DNA from: an uncultured Gammaproteobacteria bacterium
GTDB lineage: Bacteria; Patescibacteriota; Microgenomatia; UBA12405
Assembly (NCBI GenBank): GCA_964408995.1
Contig: CAYPBP010000004.1
Coordinates: forward strand, 16,618 to 80,617
DNA: 64,000 nucleotides
Direction of reading: 5' to 3'
How positions within the stretch are numbered: the first letter of the stretch is position 1; each line of letters opens with the position of its first letter. The position numbers were made by a program, and so were the translations under genes. The notes beneath the pieces were generated by a model. That model was not told the origin of the DNA, searched no databases, and saw nothing but the letters and a program-made list of their open reading frames with translations. Below, piece by piece: positions 1 to 10,769 of this stretch.

Positions 1-415
1 CACCGTCACTGGTTAAACAAATAGTAGTTCGTTTTGGATCTCCTAGAGCTAGTCCACAAGCAAAAGAAAGGCCTTGACCAAGAGAACCAGAGGAATATTC
101 AACCCCAGGAACTTCAATGGAAACGTGACCTTGAAGAAATGAATCAAAAGAAGAATAACCATCTAATAATTTTTTTGGGAAATATTTGGCTTTAGACAAA
201 ACGACATAAAGGGCTTGAGCTAAGTGTCCGGCAGATAAAATAAAATGGTCTTTTTTTAAATCAAAAAGATTAGAAAAATAAACGGCAGTGATTAAATCCA
301 GTGAAGATAAACAACCACCAATGTGTCCCCCGTTTTTATAAGTCATATCTAATAAATCAAGTCTTAATTCTTTGGCTGTTTTCTGGAAGGGATGCGTTTT
401 TCTTAAAGTAAGCAT
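1..415 (-). CDS. Transketolase N-terminal subunit. The gene is partial and runs off the window start; its start codon is at 415..413.
   Basis: Manual translation of the minus strand gives MLTLRKTHPFQ...GGHIGGCLSSLDLITAVYF...ILSAGHLAQALY...SGSLGQGLSFACGLALG...LTSDG, the thiamine-diphosphate-binding N-terminal signature of transketolase. It is not in the ORF track because it is truncated by the window edge. Confidence 0.8.
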   Translation of the reverse strand, partial: MLTLRKTHPFQKTAKELRLDLLDMTYKNGGHIGGCLSSLDLITAVYFSNLFDLKKDHFILSAGHLAQALYVVLSKAKYFPKKLLDGYSSFDSFLQGHVSIEVPGVEYSSGSLGQGLSFACGLALGDPKRTTICLTSDG

Positions 416-489
416 TTACCTAGTATAAGATAAAGATCTCCATCGTGCCAGTAGCACAATGGCTTAATGAGATATAATAGCCAGTATCG

Positions 490-990
490 ATGGAAGACTT
501 TTATAAAAAATATCACTTGAGCGTTCAAGGCTTTGTAGCCCAAAAAATTGATGATGAAGGAGTGGCTGAAGAATTAACTAATGACATTATGATGGCAGCT
601 ATAATTTGCCGACCTAATTTTAATGGTGATTCGAGTGAGTTTAGTTGGATTTGTAGTATTGCTAAACATAAAATAATTGATTATTACCGAAAGAAAAAAC
701 TTAAAACTATTTTGTTTTCAGTGTCACCTGTCTTTGAAGAAATTGCTGATAAAGCCTTAACTCCAGAAAGAGATGCACTTAAAAATGAACTTAAAGATGA
801 AATAAAAAAAACATTTAAAGAATTAAGCAAAGGATATAAAGATATTTTGCGACTTAAATATATAGAGGGAATGAAAGTGAGTGAAATTGCAAAAACCTTA
901 AAGTTAACTATTAAAGGGGCTGAATCTAAACTAATTAGAGCTAAAAAGAAATTTAGAAAAGCGTGGAGTTATGATAAAAAAAAGAATTAA
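490..990 (+). CDS. ECF-type RNA polymerase sigma-70 family factor
   Basis: A region-2-like segment (FSWICSIAKHKIIDYYRKKK) and a region-4 HTH (YKDILRLKYIEGMKVSEIAKTLKLTIKGAESKLIRAKKKFRK). Confidence 0.75.
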   Translation: MEDFYKKYHLSVQGFVAQKIDDEGVAEELTNDIMMAAIICRPNFNGDSSEFSWICSIAKHKIIDYYRKKKLKTILFSVSPVFEEIADKALTPERDALKNELKDEIKKTFKELSKGYKDILRLKYIEGMKVSEIAKTLKLTIKGAESKLIRAKKKFRKAWSYDKKKN

Positions 991-1315
991 AAAAATAATA
1001 AAATTAGTTTTTTTGATAACTGTTAGACAGATTTGGAAACTGTTGTGCAATTTATATAATATTATTGAACAACCATTTTTGACACTTAAAAAGTTGATTA
1101 TAAAAGATAAAGATAAGTCACAAATGTTTTTAGTGGGAATAATTTTTTTGATGCCAATGTTTGCTTATGGAATAGCTAGAGTTGTTTCGGATTATTATCG
1201 ATATGGAATAATTCTTAATGGAGTAGGAATAGTTTTTTTGACAGCAATAAGTATTCAAATAATTTTTTTGAGTTATTTGGGGTATTGGCTTTGGAAAATA
1301 ATCAAAAGTAAATGA
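971..1315 (+). CDS. Small membrane protein with two C-terminal TM helices. Its position makes it a possible anti-sigma factor.
   Basis: It overlaps the sigma-factor stop by 20 nt and has hydrophobic C-terminal segments. No recognisable domain. Confidence 0.35.
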   Translation: MIKKRIKKIIKLVFLITVRQIWKLLCNLYNIIEQPFLTLKKLIIKDKDKSQMFLVGIIFLMPMFAYGIARVVSDYYRYGIILNGVGIVFLTAISIQIIFLSYLGYWLWKIIKSK

Positions 1316-1346
1316 TTTTGAAATAAGTGACGACTTAACTTCTACC

Positions 1347-1799
1347 ATGATTAAAAATAATAAAATTGATTTCAAAAGTAAGGATTATTTAGAATTTATA
1401 GATATTACTGATCAAGTAGAAGGGTTTGTTAAAGAAAGTGAAATAGAGAATGGAAATATTTTAGTTTTTTCTACTCATACAACATTAGCTATTTGTGTTA
1501 ATGAAAAAGAAAAAGGAATTGTGGCTGATTTTAAGAAATTGATGAGTAAAATGATTCCTAAAGAAAATTATTATCAACATAATGATTTGGAAGTTAGAAC
1601 TGAAAACTTAGTTTGCCAATCAGCTAGTTCTGATTGTTTGAATGGACATTCTCACTGCACCCAAATGTTAATGAGAAACTCAGAAACTATTCCAATAATT
1701 GAGGGAAAAATGGCATTGGGAGTATGGCAAAGAATTTTTGCTATTGAACTCGATTGTGCTAGGCCACGAAAAGTTTTACTACAAATAATTGGAGATTAG
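1347..1799 (+). CDS. YjbQ/UPF0047 family protein (secondary thiamine-phosphate synthase-like)
   Basis: Length about 150 aa, with the NGHSH and GVWQ motifs typical of the YjbQ family. Confidence 0.6.
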   Translation: MIKNNKIDFKSKDYLEFIDITDQVEGFVKESEIENGNILVFSTHTTLAICVNEKEKGIVADFKKLMSKMIPKENYYQHNDLEVRTENLVCQSASSDCLNGHSHCTQMLMRNSETIPIIEGKMALGVWQRIFAIELDCARPRKVLLQIIGD

Positions 1800-2851
1800 A
1801 TAGTTAGTTTATTAACTTCTTCCATTAAAGCAGATAAGATTTGATTTTCGGGAACTGTTTTTATTATTTTACCTTTGGCAAAAATAGCTCCACAACCTTT
1901 TCCACCAGCAACTCCAACATCAGCTTCCATGGCTTCACCTGGACCATTAACAACACAACCCATAACAGCCACTTTAATTGGTTTATCAACGTTTTTCAAA
2001 GCTTCTTCAACCTTGTTGGTTAAAGAAATTAAGTCTATTTCGGTTCGACCACAAGTTGGACAAGAAATTATATCTGGACCTCGTTGTCTTAGATTCAAAC
2101 TTTTTAAGATAGCCCAGCCAACTTTTACTTCTTCATTAACAGCAGCAGTTAAAGAAACACGTAGAGTTGATCCAATTCCCTCTTGAAGAAGAGTGCCGAT
2201 GCCAATTGAGTTTCTGATAGTTCCCATAAAAGCACTGCCAGCATGAGTTACTCCTAAATGAATTGGGTAATCAGTTTTGGTGGCCAAAAGTCGATAACCT
2301 TCAATCATTTGAGGAACGTCATTAAATTTTATGGAGACTAAAGTATTGTAAAAATTTAATTTTTCTAAAATACGAACATGTCTTAAAATGGACTCAACTG
2401 CGGCTTTGGGAGTTGGACCATATTTTTTGAATAAATCTTTTTCAATTGAACCAACATTAACACCAATTCTGATGGGAATATTTTTGTCTTTACAAGCATT
2501 AACAACAGCTTGAACTTTCTCTTCTGAGCCAATATTGCCAGGATTAATCCTAACTTTGTCAATGCCATTTTTGATTGATTCTAGAGCTAATAAATAGTCA
2601 AAGTGAATATCAGCAACTAGTGGAATGTGAATTTGTTTTTTAATATCACGAATGGCTTTAGCTGATTCCATATTAGGAACAGCAACTCGAATTATCTCAC
2701 AACCATCTGCTTCTAATTCTAAGATTTGTTTAACAGTGGCAGTGATATCTTTGGTATCAGTGTTACACATTGATTGAACTCTGATTGGGTTATCTCCACC
2801 AAGAATTAAGGAAGCAACTTTGACTTCTCTAGATTTATATTTTTTATTCAT
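1796..2851 (-). CDS. ispG: 4-hydroxy-3-methylbut-2-enyl diphosphate synthase (MEP pathway)
   Basis: 351 aa with a GcpE-like N-terminus (REVKVASLILGGDNPIRVQSMCNT) and the conserved CPTCGR Fe-S motif at the C-terminus. Confidence 0.9.
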   Translation of the reverse strand: MNKKYKSREVKVASLILGGDNPIRVQSMCNTDTKDITATVKQILELEADGCEIIRVAVPNMESAKAIRDIKKQIHIPLVADIHFDYLLALESIKNGIDKVRINPGNIGSEEKVQAVVNACKDKNIPIRIGVNVGSIEKDLFKKYGPTPKAAVESILRHVRILEKLNFYNTLVSIKFNDVPQMIEGYRLLATKTDYPIHLGVTHAGSAFMGTIRNSIGIGTLLQEGIGSTLRVSLTAAVNEEVKVGWAILKSLNLRQRGPDIISCPTCGRTEIDLISLTNKVEEALKNVDKPIKVAVMGCVVNGPGEAMEADVGVAGGKGCGAIFAKGKIIKTVPENQILSALMEEVNKLTI

Positions 2852-3695
2852 AACTTTTAATTGTTTTAATAACTTCTTCTAAAATTGATTCAGGAGTAGA
2901 AGCACCAGAACTAATAGCAACTTCTTGATGTCCTAAAAACCATTCTCTATTTAATTCTAAAGCATTATCGATAATATAACTGGTAGCACCATTAGATTGG
3001 GCTACTTGTTTAAGATTGTTAGAGTTAGCACTAATTGGAGAACCAACAATAATGACTAAACTACAAGTTTTAGATAATTCAATAATGGCATTTTGACGAT
3101 CAGTGGTGGCTTGGCAAATATGAGGTAAAATAGTAATTTTAGGATATTTATTTTTAATGAAATCAAGAGCATTTTGGGTTTCCAATAAAGAAAGGGTTGT
3201 TTGAGTCATAAGCACATAGTCTTGAGGGTCAGAAATATTTAAATTAAAAATATCGTCGATAATAACTGGAGTGATTAATGAAGGATTTTCACCAACAATA
3301 CCAATTGTTTCATCATGGGTAACGCTGTTACATAAAAAAATTATTTTTTTATTTTGACTAATAAATTGATTGACTGTTTGATGTGATTTTAAAACCAAAG
3401 GACAACTAGCATCAACAATAGTTAATTTCCTAGTTTTGGCTTGATTAAAAACCGAAGGTGGGGCTCCATGAGCCCTAATAATAACAATAGAATTTTTAGG
3501 GATTTGATCTATGGATTGAACAGTTTTGATATTTAATTCTGATTCTAACCAATCGACAACATGTTGGTTATGGACTAACTCGCCTAAAAAATAAATATTT
3601 TTTTGAAATTTTTGAGAAGTTTTTAAAGCTAAATCAATGGCTCGATTGACACCGAAACAAAAACCATGAGGAGAGGCAATATGAAGATTTAGCAT
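2844..3695 (-). CDS. ispH: 4-hydroxy-3-methylbut-2-enyl diphosphate reductase
   Basis: 283 aa LytB family protein (SPHGFCFGVNRAI, HNQHVV, and conserved Cys and His). It overlaps ispG by 8 nt, so the two form an operon. Confidence 0.9.
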   Translation of the reverse strand: MLNLHIASPHGFCFGVNRAIDLALKTSQKFQKNIYFLGELVHNQHVVDWLESELNIKTVQSIDQIPKNSIVIIRAHGAPPSVFNQAKTRKLTIVDASCPLVLKSHQTVNQFISQNKKIIFLCNSVTHDETIGIVGENPSLITPVIIDDIFNLNISDPQDYVLMTQTTLSLLETQNALDFIKNKYPKITILPHICQATTDRQNAIIELSKTCSLVIIVGSPISANSNNLKQVAQSNGATSYIIDNALELNREWFLGHQEVAISSGASTPESILEEVIKTIKSYE

Positions 3696-3702
3696 ATATA
3701 GC

Positions 3703-4710
3703 TTGTATTATACTAAAAAGTATATAATTACTATAATAAAGATGAAAAAGATAAGTTTTGATATTTTATATTGGATAATAGGAATATTTTTAGTAATTTC
3801 AGCATTGGTTTATGTGAAAGAAAGTTTAGTAACGTCATTGGCATTTTTTTCTTTGAGTTTGTTGATTTTACCAATTACAAAAACATTATTCTCTTTTTTG
3901 AAAAGTTCAATTAAATTTATTATTGGATTTTTAATTTTAATGATAGCTTTTTGGGCAATACCAGAAAATAAGGAAGAAGAAATCATACAAAACAAAATTG
4001 ATATTAAACCAACAGAAATAATAACTTCAATTCCAACAGTTAACTCTGAATTATTTTTAGTAACAAAAATAATTGATGGAGATACTTTGATGATTGATAT
4101 TAATGGCAAGGAGCAAGCTGTTAGACTAATTGGAATTGATACCCCAGAGGTTAAAGATTCCCGAAAAACAGTCCAATGTTTTGGAACTGAAGCCAGTGAA
4201 GAAGCAAGACAATTAATGGAAAATAAAAAAGTAAAGTTAGAGGCAGATATAACTCAAACCGATAAGGATATTTATAATCGATTATTAAGATATGTTTATT
4301 TAGAAGATGGAACTTTGATTAATAAAAAATTAATTGAGGAAGGATTTGGTTTTGAATATACTTACAAGATCCCCTACAAATTTCAAACAGAATTTAAAGA
4401 TGCCCAAAAAATGGCTGAAAGCAAAAAAGTAGGATTATGGGCTGATGGAGTTTGTTTAACACCAATACTAACTAAAGTTCCGACTATAACTAAAACCCAA
4501 ACAACAAAAAAAAATCAACCAATTGAGACAACCACAACACAAGATAAAACAATAAAAACAAATTCTAACTCTGGTTTTGTTTGTGATTGTAGTAAAAGTT
4601 GCACAAAAATTAGTTCTTGTGAAGAAGCTTATTTTCAATTAAACAACTGTGGATGTAGTGTTCGAGATAGTGATGGCGATGGTGTGCCTTGTGAAAGTTT
4701 GTGTAACTAA
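3703..4710 (+). CDS. Membrane-anchored thermonuclease (SNase-like) with a C-terminal Excalibur Ca-binding domain
   Basis: N-terminal TM helices, an SNase core (IIDGDTLMIDINGKEQAVRLIGIDTPE), a Thr-rich linker and a Cys-rich DSDGDGVPCE Excalibur motif. Confidence 0.75.
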   Translation: MYYTKKYIITIIKMKKISFDILYWIIGIFLVISALVYVKESLVTSLAFFSLSLLILPITKTLFSFLKSSIKFIIGFLILMIAFWAIPENKEEEIIQNKIDIKPTEIITSIPTVNSELFLVTKIIDGDTLMIDINGKEQAVRLIGIDTPEVKDSRKTVQCFGTEASEEARQLMENKKVKLEADITQTDKDIYNRLLRYVYLEDGTLINKKLIEEGFGFEYTYKIPYKFQTEFKDAQKMAESKKVGLWADGVCLTPILTKVPTITKTQTTKKNQPIETTTTQDKTIKTNSNSGFVCDCSKSCTKISSCEEAYFQLNNCGCSVRDSDGDGVPCESLCN

Positions 4711-4713
4711 AAA

Positions 4714-6276
4714 CTATTTAGAATCTTTGGCCAAGACATCGTGAGCTGAGCCTTCACGTAAAGTTAGTTGAGAAACTGGCCTTTTAACACTATCTTTTCT
4801 GAAACTGGATAAATCAAGACAACCACAATTACACATAGTAGATTTTGTCTTGTAAATTAATTCTTCTAGATTTTCTTTTAATCCACCAGCAAAAGGAACA
4901 TAGCTGTCTACCCCTTCTTCAAATTTAAGTGAATTTTTTCCACCAATGTCATATCTTTGCCAATTTTGAGCTTTATTTGATCCTTCACCCCAATATTCTT
5001 TCATAGGAGTACCATTGATGATAACTTTTGCACCTGGAGCTTCTTCAAAACGAGCAAAATAACGACCCATCATGACAAAATCGGCACCCATGGCTAGAGC
5101 CATAGTGACATTATTGTCAGTGACAATACCACCATCAGAACAAATAGGAATATAAATACCGGTTTTTTTAAAATAAAGATCTCTGGTTTTGGAAACTTCC
5201 ATAACAGCAGTGGCTTGACCACAACCGATACCTTTTTGCTCTCGAGTTATACAAATAGATCCACCACCAATTCCAACTTTAATAAAATCGGCTCCAGCGG
5301 CGGCTAAAAATTCAAAACCATTGGCAGCAACCACATTTCCGGCTCCGATTTTGACATCGTTACCATATTTTTTTCTAACAAAGGAAATAACATCTTTAGC
5401 ATATTCACTATAACCATCTGAAGAATCAATACATAAAACATCAACACCAGCAGCAACTAAAGCTGGGATTCTTTGTTCATAATCTCTGGTATTAATACCA
5501 GCACCAACCATAAATCTTTTTTGGTCATCTAACAATTCATTTCTGTTATCGACGTGTTGATCGTAATCTTTTCTAAAAACTAGTGATTCTAAATTACCTT
5601 TTTTATCAATAATTGGTAAAACATTTAATTTATGTTCCCAAATCATGGCATTGGCCTGGGAAAGTGAAATACCACTTTTGCCACAAATTAATTTTTCCAT
5701 AGGAGTCATAAATTTACTGATAGGAGTATTGTTTTCGATATAGCCAATCCTGTAGTCACGAGAAGTAACCAGTCCTAGCAATTTGCCATTAGACTTTCCA
5801 TTGTCGGTTATAGGAATAGTTGAGTGACCTTTTTGAGCTTTTAAATCAAGAACATTATCTAAAGTATCGGTTGCTTTTAAGTTGGAATCACTGGTAACAA
5901 AACCAGCTTTATATTTTTTGACTTTGGAAACCATTTCACATTGATCTTCTATAGTTTGAGAACCATAGATAAAAGAAAGACCACCTTGTTTGGCAAGAGC
6001 GACAGCTAAATTATCATCGGAAACCGCTTGCATGATAGCAGAAGTAACTGGAATGTTTAGTTTTAAAGGTTTAATTGAAGCATCTTTTTTAGAATATTTG
6101 GTTAAAAATGTTTCAAGTGAAACTTTGTCTGGAATACATTCTTTGGTGGTTAAGCCTGGTGATAATAAATATTCTCCAAAAGTTCTTGATTCTTCTACTA
6201 AATGATTGTCTATTGACATAATTGGGGGTTTTTTAGGTTTATTTTGGCTTTTCATTATTGATAGATTATACATCAA
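4714..6276 (-). CDS. guaB: Inosine-5-monophosphate dehydrogenase with CBS domains. The true start is possibly an internal Met.
   Basis: Catalytic loop [24 protein letters not shown], the CIDSSDGYS motif and a CBS pair. The first 20 codons overlap the divergent neighbour, so the start is uncertain. Confidence 0.9.
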   Translation of the reverse strand: MMYNLSIMKSQNKPKKPPIMSIDNHLVEESRTFGEYLLSPGLTTKECIPDKVSLETFLTKYSKKDASIKPLKLNIPVTSAIMQAVSDDNLAVALAKQGGLSFIYGSQTIEDQCEMVSKVKKYKAGFVTSDSNLKATDTLDNVLDLKAQKGHSTIPITDNGKSNGKLLGLVTSRDYRIGYIENNTPISKFMTPMEKLICGKSGISLSQANAMIWEHKLNVLPIIDKKGNLESLVFRKDYDQHVDNRNELLDDQKRFMVGAGINTRDYEQRIPALVAAGVDVLCIDSSDGYSEYAKDVISFVRKKYGNDVKIGAGNVVAANGFEFLAAAGADFIKVGIGGGSICITREQKGIGCGQATAVMEVSKTRDLYFKKTGIYIPICSDGGIVTDNNVTMALAMGADFVMMGRYFARFEEAPGAKVIINGTPMKEYWGEGSNKAQNWQRYDIGGKNSLKFEEGVDSYVPFAGGLKENLEELIYKTKSTMCNCGCLDLSSFRKDSVKRPVSQLTLREGSAHDVLAKDSK

Positions 6277-6320
6277 AATTGAAAAATCTGGTTAAATTAG
6301 AGATAGGAGTAAAATTTGAT

Positions 6321-6911
6321 ATGAAAACACTAGTAATAATGATTCCAGGATTAGGAAATGATAGTGTTTATATTTATAATCCAATGTTGAATTGGTGGAG
6401 AAAAAAGGGAATAGAAATGCTTTTGTTTAAAACTGAATGGAGAAGTAAGGAAAATTATCAAAAAAAAATAAAAAGGTTATTGGATTTAATTGATGAAAAA
6501 TCGAAGAATAATAAAGTGTCATTAATTGGAATGAGTGCTGGGGGAAGTTTGGCTGTAAACGCTTTTAGTGAAAGAAAAGATAAGATTAATAAAGTGATAA
6601 CTGTTTGTTCTAGGCTTAGAATAGGAAAGATGAATGGTTTAAGTGGTTTTAAAAAAAGAGTTGAGGGCTATCCATCTTTTAAAGAATCAATTATAAAAAC
6701 TGAAGAAAAAGAAAAATTATTGGCTAAAAAAGAAAGACAACAAATTATGACTGTTCATGCTCTTTTTGGCGATCAATTGATAAAAGCGAATACGGCCATT
6801 ATTGATGGGGCAAGGAATATAACGGTAGCAACCATGGGACACAGAATTAGTATTGCTTCTAGTTTGACGATATTTTCAAAACCGTTAAGGGAATTTATTG
6901 TTGGGAAATAA
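6321..6911 (+). CDS. Alpha/beta hydrolase fold protein. The ORF track starts at 6258, but the start is more likely at MKTLVIMIPGLGND.
   Basis: A GxSxG nucleophile elbow (LIGMSAGGSL). The 6258 start would overlap guaB. Confidence 0.5.
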   Translation: MKTLVIMIPGLGNDSVYIYNPMLNWWRKKGIEMLLFKTEWRSKENYQKKIKRLLDLIDEKSKNNKVSLIGMSAGGSLAVNAFSERKDKINKVITVCSRLRIGKMNGLSGFKKRVEGYPSFKESIIKTEEKEKLLAKKERQQIMTVHALFGDQLIKANTAIIDGARNITVATMGHRISIASSLTIFSKPLREFIVGK

Positions 6912-6918
6912 AACGAGA

Positions 6919-6962
6919 AACGGCAGGTGTAGTATCTTAAAAAGAAACATTCACCTGCCGGC
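6919..6962. terminator. Bidirectional hairpin (CGGCAGGTG...CACCTGCCG) flanked by T/A tracts
   Basis: A 9-bp inverted repeat with a long loop between convergent genes. On the minus strand it is followed by TTTCTCGTTTTATTT. Confidence 0.4.
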
Positions 6963-6994
6963 GTAGATAAAAACAATAAAACTGAAAAAATAAA

Positions 6995-7321
6995 TTAAGA
7001 GAGAATGGTAATAAGGTCTTTGATTTCTTGATTCATTTTGGGTGTAGAGGTAGGAGTTTGAAGTTGTTTTAATTTGTTTTTGAAAAACCTAATAGCTTGA
7101 TCTGTTGGCTTTTTTAAGAAATAACTTTGATCACCTGGAACTGTCAGAACAGTTAAAGCGGTATCAATTGGACGCGGCATCTGTTTTGTTAAAAACCAAC
7201 CTCCGAGAAATATTAATTCCCCTGTTACCCTAACTGTTTTGACAAAAAAGAACTGGAGGTTAGATTTGCCTTGAATTCCAATTATAACCAAACTGTTTTC
7301 TGATGGAATAAAGTTGTTCAT
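6995..7321 (-). CDS. Small hypothetical protein, the first of three tandem small genes. The start is placed at MNNF.
   Basis: A GAAAGGAG Shine-Dalgarno lies 7 nt upstream of the ATG at 7321. The ORF-track start at 7375 would overlap the upstream gene. Confidence 0.4.
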   Translation of the reverse strand: MNNFIPSENSLVIIGIQGKSNLQFFFVKTVRVTGELIFLGGWFLTKQMPRPIDTALTVLTVPGDQSYFLKKPTDQAIRFFKNKLKQLQTPTSTPKMNQEIKDLITILS

Positions 7322-7572
7322 ATTAATGCTCCTTTCTTTTTTAATTCTTCTTTTTGGTCTTGATAACTTTGCCAATTGTGTAAAAGATAGCTTCTCTCGG
7401 ATTTTATATCACTTGTAAAATCAGTGAGCTTAAGCTTTTTCCTGCCGGGCTTGAAAATAATAGTAAAACTTGACTTAGACCTATCAAGAATACAATGTTT
7501 TACTTTGGTAATTTTGGATATATTGGACAGGTTGAATTTTCTACCAAAACATTTATATTCATCTGGAATCAT
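7318..7572 (-). CDS. Small hypothetical protein, paralogous to 7569..7817
   Basis: It shares KC.G, F.P.gKK..L.D and a C-terminal EELKKKGA with its neighbour. The DNA at both 3' ends is near-identical (ccctttcttttttaattcttc). Confidence 0.5.
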   Translation of the reverse strand: MIPDEYKCFGRKFNLSNISKITKVKHCILDRSKSSFTIIFKPGRKKLKLTDFTSDIKSERSYLLHNWQSYQDQKEELKKKGALI

Positions 7573-7817
7573 CTTTTTGCCCCTTTCTTTTTTAATTCTT
7601 CCTTAGTACGATATTTTTCGAGCTTGTCTTCCAATTTTCTTTTGGCAGAATATACTTCACTTCTTTGATCTGATAATCTGACTTTTTTGCCATTAGGAAA
7701 TAATTTGACATAAAAATGCGCTTTGTTCCAATTGAAAAAGTTACTTTTTATCTCACCGATGTCATAAACCTTAGGGAAAGATATAAATACACCTAAACAT
7801 TTCATACTGCTTTTCAT
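7569..7817 (-). CDS. Small hypothetical protein (tandem paralog)
   Basis: See 7318..7572. It overlaps the neighbour by 4 nt. Confidence 0.5.
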   Translation of the reverse strand: MKSSMKCLGVFISFPKVYDIGEIKSNFFNWNKAHFYVKLFPNGKKVRLSDQRSEVYSAKRKLEDKLEKYRTKEELKKKGAKR

Positions 7818-8166
7818 TTTTTACATTGTTCCTTTCTTAATTTCTTATATTTATTTTTTTGAATAAATGCCCAGTCTAGACACAAAAGTTTATGTCCAAG
7901 CTGAGCATTTATTCTCAGTTTTATTGATTTTTAAGGTACAAATTTACTAAGTTTAACCAGCTTTAGGCTATTTAATAAAATTAAGGGATTGTATTAGAAA
8001 ACAGGGATAAAATCAATCAAAGAATATATCTGAAACTGTTTTAGGTAGATAAAGAAATTAAAAAAATTGAGAGAAAGTTAACCCGCTTTGGGTTATTTTA
8101 ATAAAAGTGAGTGATTATATTCAAAATGGGTATAAAAGTCAAGTTATAGGATACTTTTTAGTTTTG

Positions 8167-8237
8167 AGACGCGGATGGGAGTTGAACCCATCTAGACGGT
8201 TTTGCAGACCGTTGTCTAACCGCTTGACTACCGCGTC
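8167..8237 (-). tRNA. tRNA-Cys (anticodon GCA)
   Basis: Minus-strand read GACGCGGTAGTCAAGCGGTTAGACAACGGTCTGCAAAACCGTCTAGATGGGTTCAACTCCCATCCGCGTC. It has a 7-bp acceptor stem, anticodon loop CTGCAAA and T-loop GGTTCAA. No CCA is encoded. Confidence 0.85.
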
Positions 8238-8239
8238 AG

Positions 8240-8497
8240 TTAGATTTGTAAAGAATTGCTAATTTGCAATTTTAAACTAATTTTAGCTTTTCCGCCAGAC
8301 TTTAGATATTTTTCTCTATTTTGAGCATCTTTTTTGTCTAAAAATGCTTCGTAATAAACTAATTTTACTGGCCTTCTATTTTTGGTTGATTTAACTAATC
8401 CTAATTGATGTTGTGAAATTCGCCTTTTTAAATTAGAACTATAACCAGTGTAAATTTTTTGATCTTTAAGACTTTTCAAAATGTAGACGTAGTACAC
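8240..8497 (-). CDS. GIY-YIG nuclease superfamily protein (UPF0213-like)
   Basis: MYYVYILKS...KIYTGYSSNLKRRISQH is a classic GIY-YIG signature. The gene lies directly upstream of tRNA-Cys. Confidence 0.8.
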   Translation of the reverse strand: MYYVYILKSLKDQKIYTGYSSNLKRRISQHQLGLVKSTKNRRPVKLVYYEAFLDKKDAQNREKYLKSGGKAKISLKLQISNSLQI

Positions 8498-8534
8498 ATT
8501 TAAATGATATCAAAAACTGAATTAAGGTTTTGCA

Positions 8535-8602
8535 CCCCGCCGCTGCGGGGTAACCGCTTGTCCCGCCGCTGCGGGGTAACCGCTTGTCCCGCCGCTGCGG
8601 GA
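8535..8602. repeat. 2.6 tandem copies of a 26-bp GC-rich unit (cccgccgctgcggggtaaccgcttgt), each containing a CCCGC-N4-GCGGG hairpin
   Basis: Read directly from the sequence. The GC content contrasts sharply with the AT-rich surroundings. It lies downstream of groEL. Confidence 0.8.
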
Positions 8603-8622
8603 TAGAGAGTAAGCCTATTTTA

Positions 8623-8654
8623 TCAAAAAACCCTCCAATTAAGGAGGGTTTTGA
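8623..8654 (-). terminator. Rho-independent terminator of groESL
   Basis: The hairpin CCCTCC AATTAA GGAGGG is flanked by A6 on one side and T4 on the other, so it can work in both directions. On the minus strand it is followed by TTTTTTGAT. Confidence 0.7.
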
Positions 8655-8735
8655 TTATTCAATTAATATCCTTCGATTCCTTCGATAAATTAATAACGAA
8701 GTTCACTCAGGATGATGAAATTTAATTAAATTTCA

Positions 8736-10406
<1,671 letters not shown>

Positions 10407-10417
10407 TTAATTAATAA

Positions 10418-10708
10418 TTATTTAATAATTGCCATTATATCGTCGAATTTTAATAATAATAATTCGACATTATCTTCTTTATATTCTTTACCACCCCATT
10501 CACGGTAAACAACGATGTCACCGACAAGGCATGGAGATTTAATTTCACGACCGTCTATAAAGACAGTATCGCCAACAGCGAGAACTTTACCTTGTTGAGG
10601 TTTGTCTTGATGGGTTTCTGGTAAAACGATACCAGAGGCAGTGGTTTTTTCTTGTTTTTGTGGCTCGACTAGAAGGTAGCCAGCAACAGGATGGATTTTG
10701 GTTGACAT
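10418..10708 (-). CDS. groES: Co-chaperonin GroES (Hsp10)
   Basis: 96 aa with the typical GroES mobile loop and beta-barrel motifs. It sits immediately upstream of groEL. Confidence 0.95.
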   Translation of the reverse strand: MSTKIHPVAGYLLVEPQKQEKTTASGIVLPETHQDKPQQGKVLAVGDTVFIDGREIKSPCLVGDIVVYREWGGKEYKEDNVELLLLKFDDIMAIIK

Positions 10709-10741
10709 AGTGTTTTTGAACGATTAAATAATAAATAATAA

Positions 10742-10768
10742 TTATCAGTCGAAATAGTCGACTGCTAA
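10742..10768 (-). promoter_or_regulatory. CIRCE-like inverted repeat (HrcA operator) TTATCAGTC-N9-GACTGCTAA
   Basis: A 9-N9-9 inverted repeat with one mismatch between the arms. It closely matches CIRCE TTAGCACTC-N9-GAGTGCTAA and lies 34 nt upstream of the groES start. Confidence 0.7.
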
Positions 10769-10769
10769 T

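Noticed and set aside
1130-1375. Minus-strand 81-aa ORF overlapping the 971-1315 gene
   Set aside because: It lies antisense to a better-supported gene and has low-complexity composition. It is a spurious six-frame ORF. The same applies to 1841-2023, 1875-2186, 2383-2568, 3810-4109, 5990-6205, 6773-6976, 9275-9469, 9472-9705, 13858-14202, 14491-14691, 15319-15636, 18289-18642, 20178-20405, 20230-20637, 23797-24078, 26208-26456, 35070-35270, 35229-35435, 35626-35833, 39502-39690, 40446-40688, 41175-41366, 46466-46687, 49402-49605, 50058-50288, 52585-52791, 54530-54757, 57299-57538, 58613-58831, 59367-59624, 60697-60945, 60899-61174 and 62116-62421.
8535-8602. Possible CRISPR array
   Set aside because: The repeats are directly contiguous with no unique spacers and reach only 2.6 copies. 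No cas genes are nearby. This is better explained as a tandem hairpin repeat.
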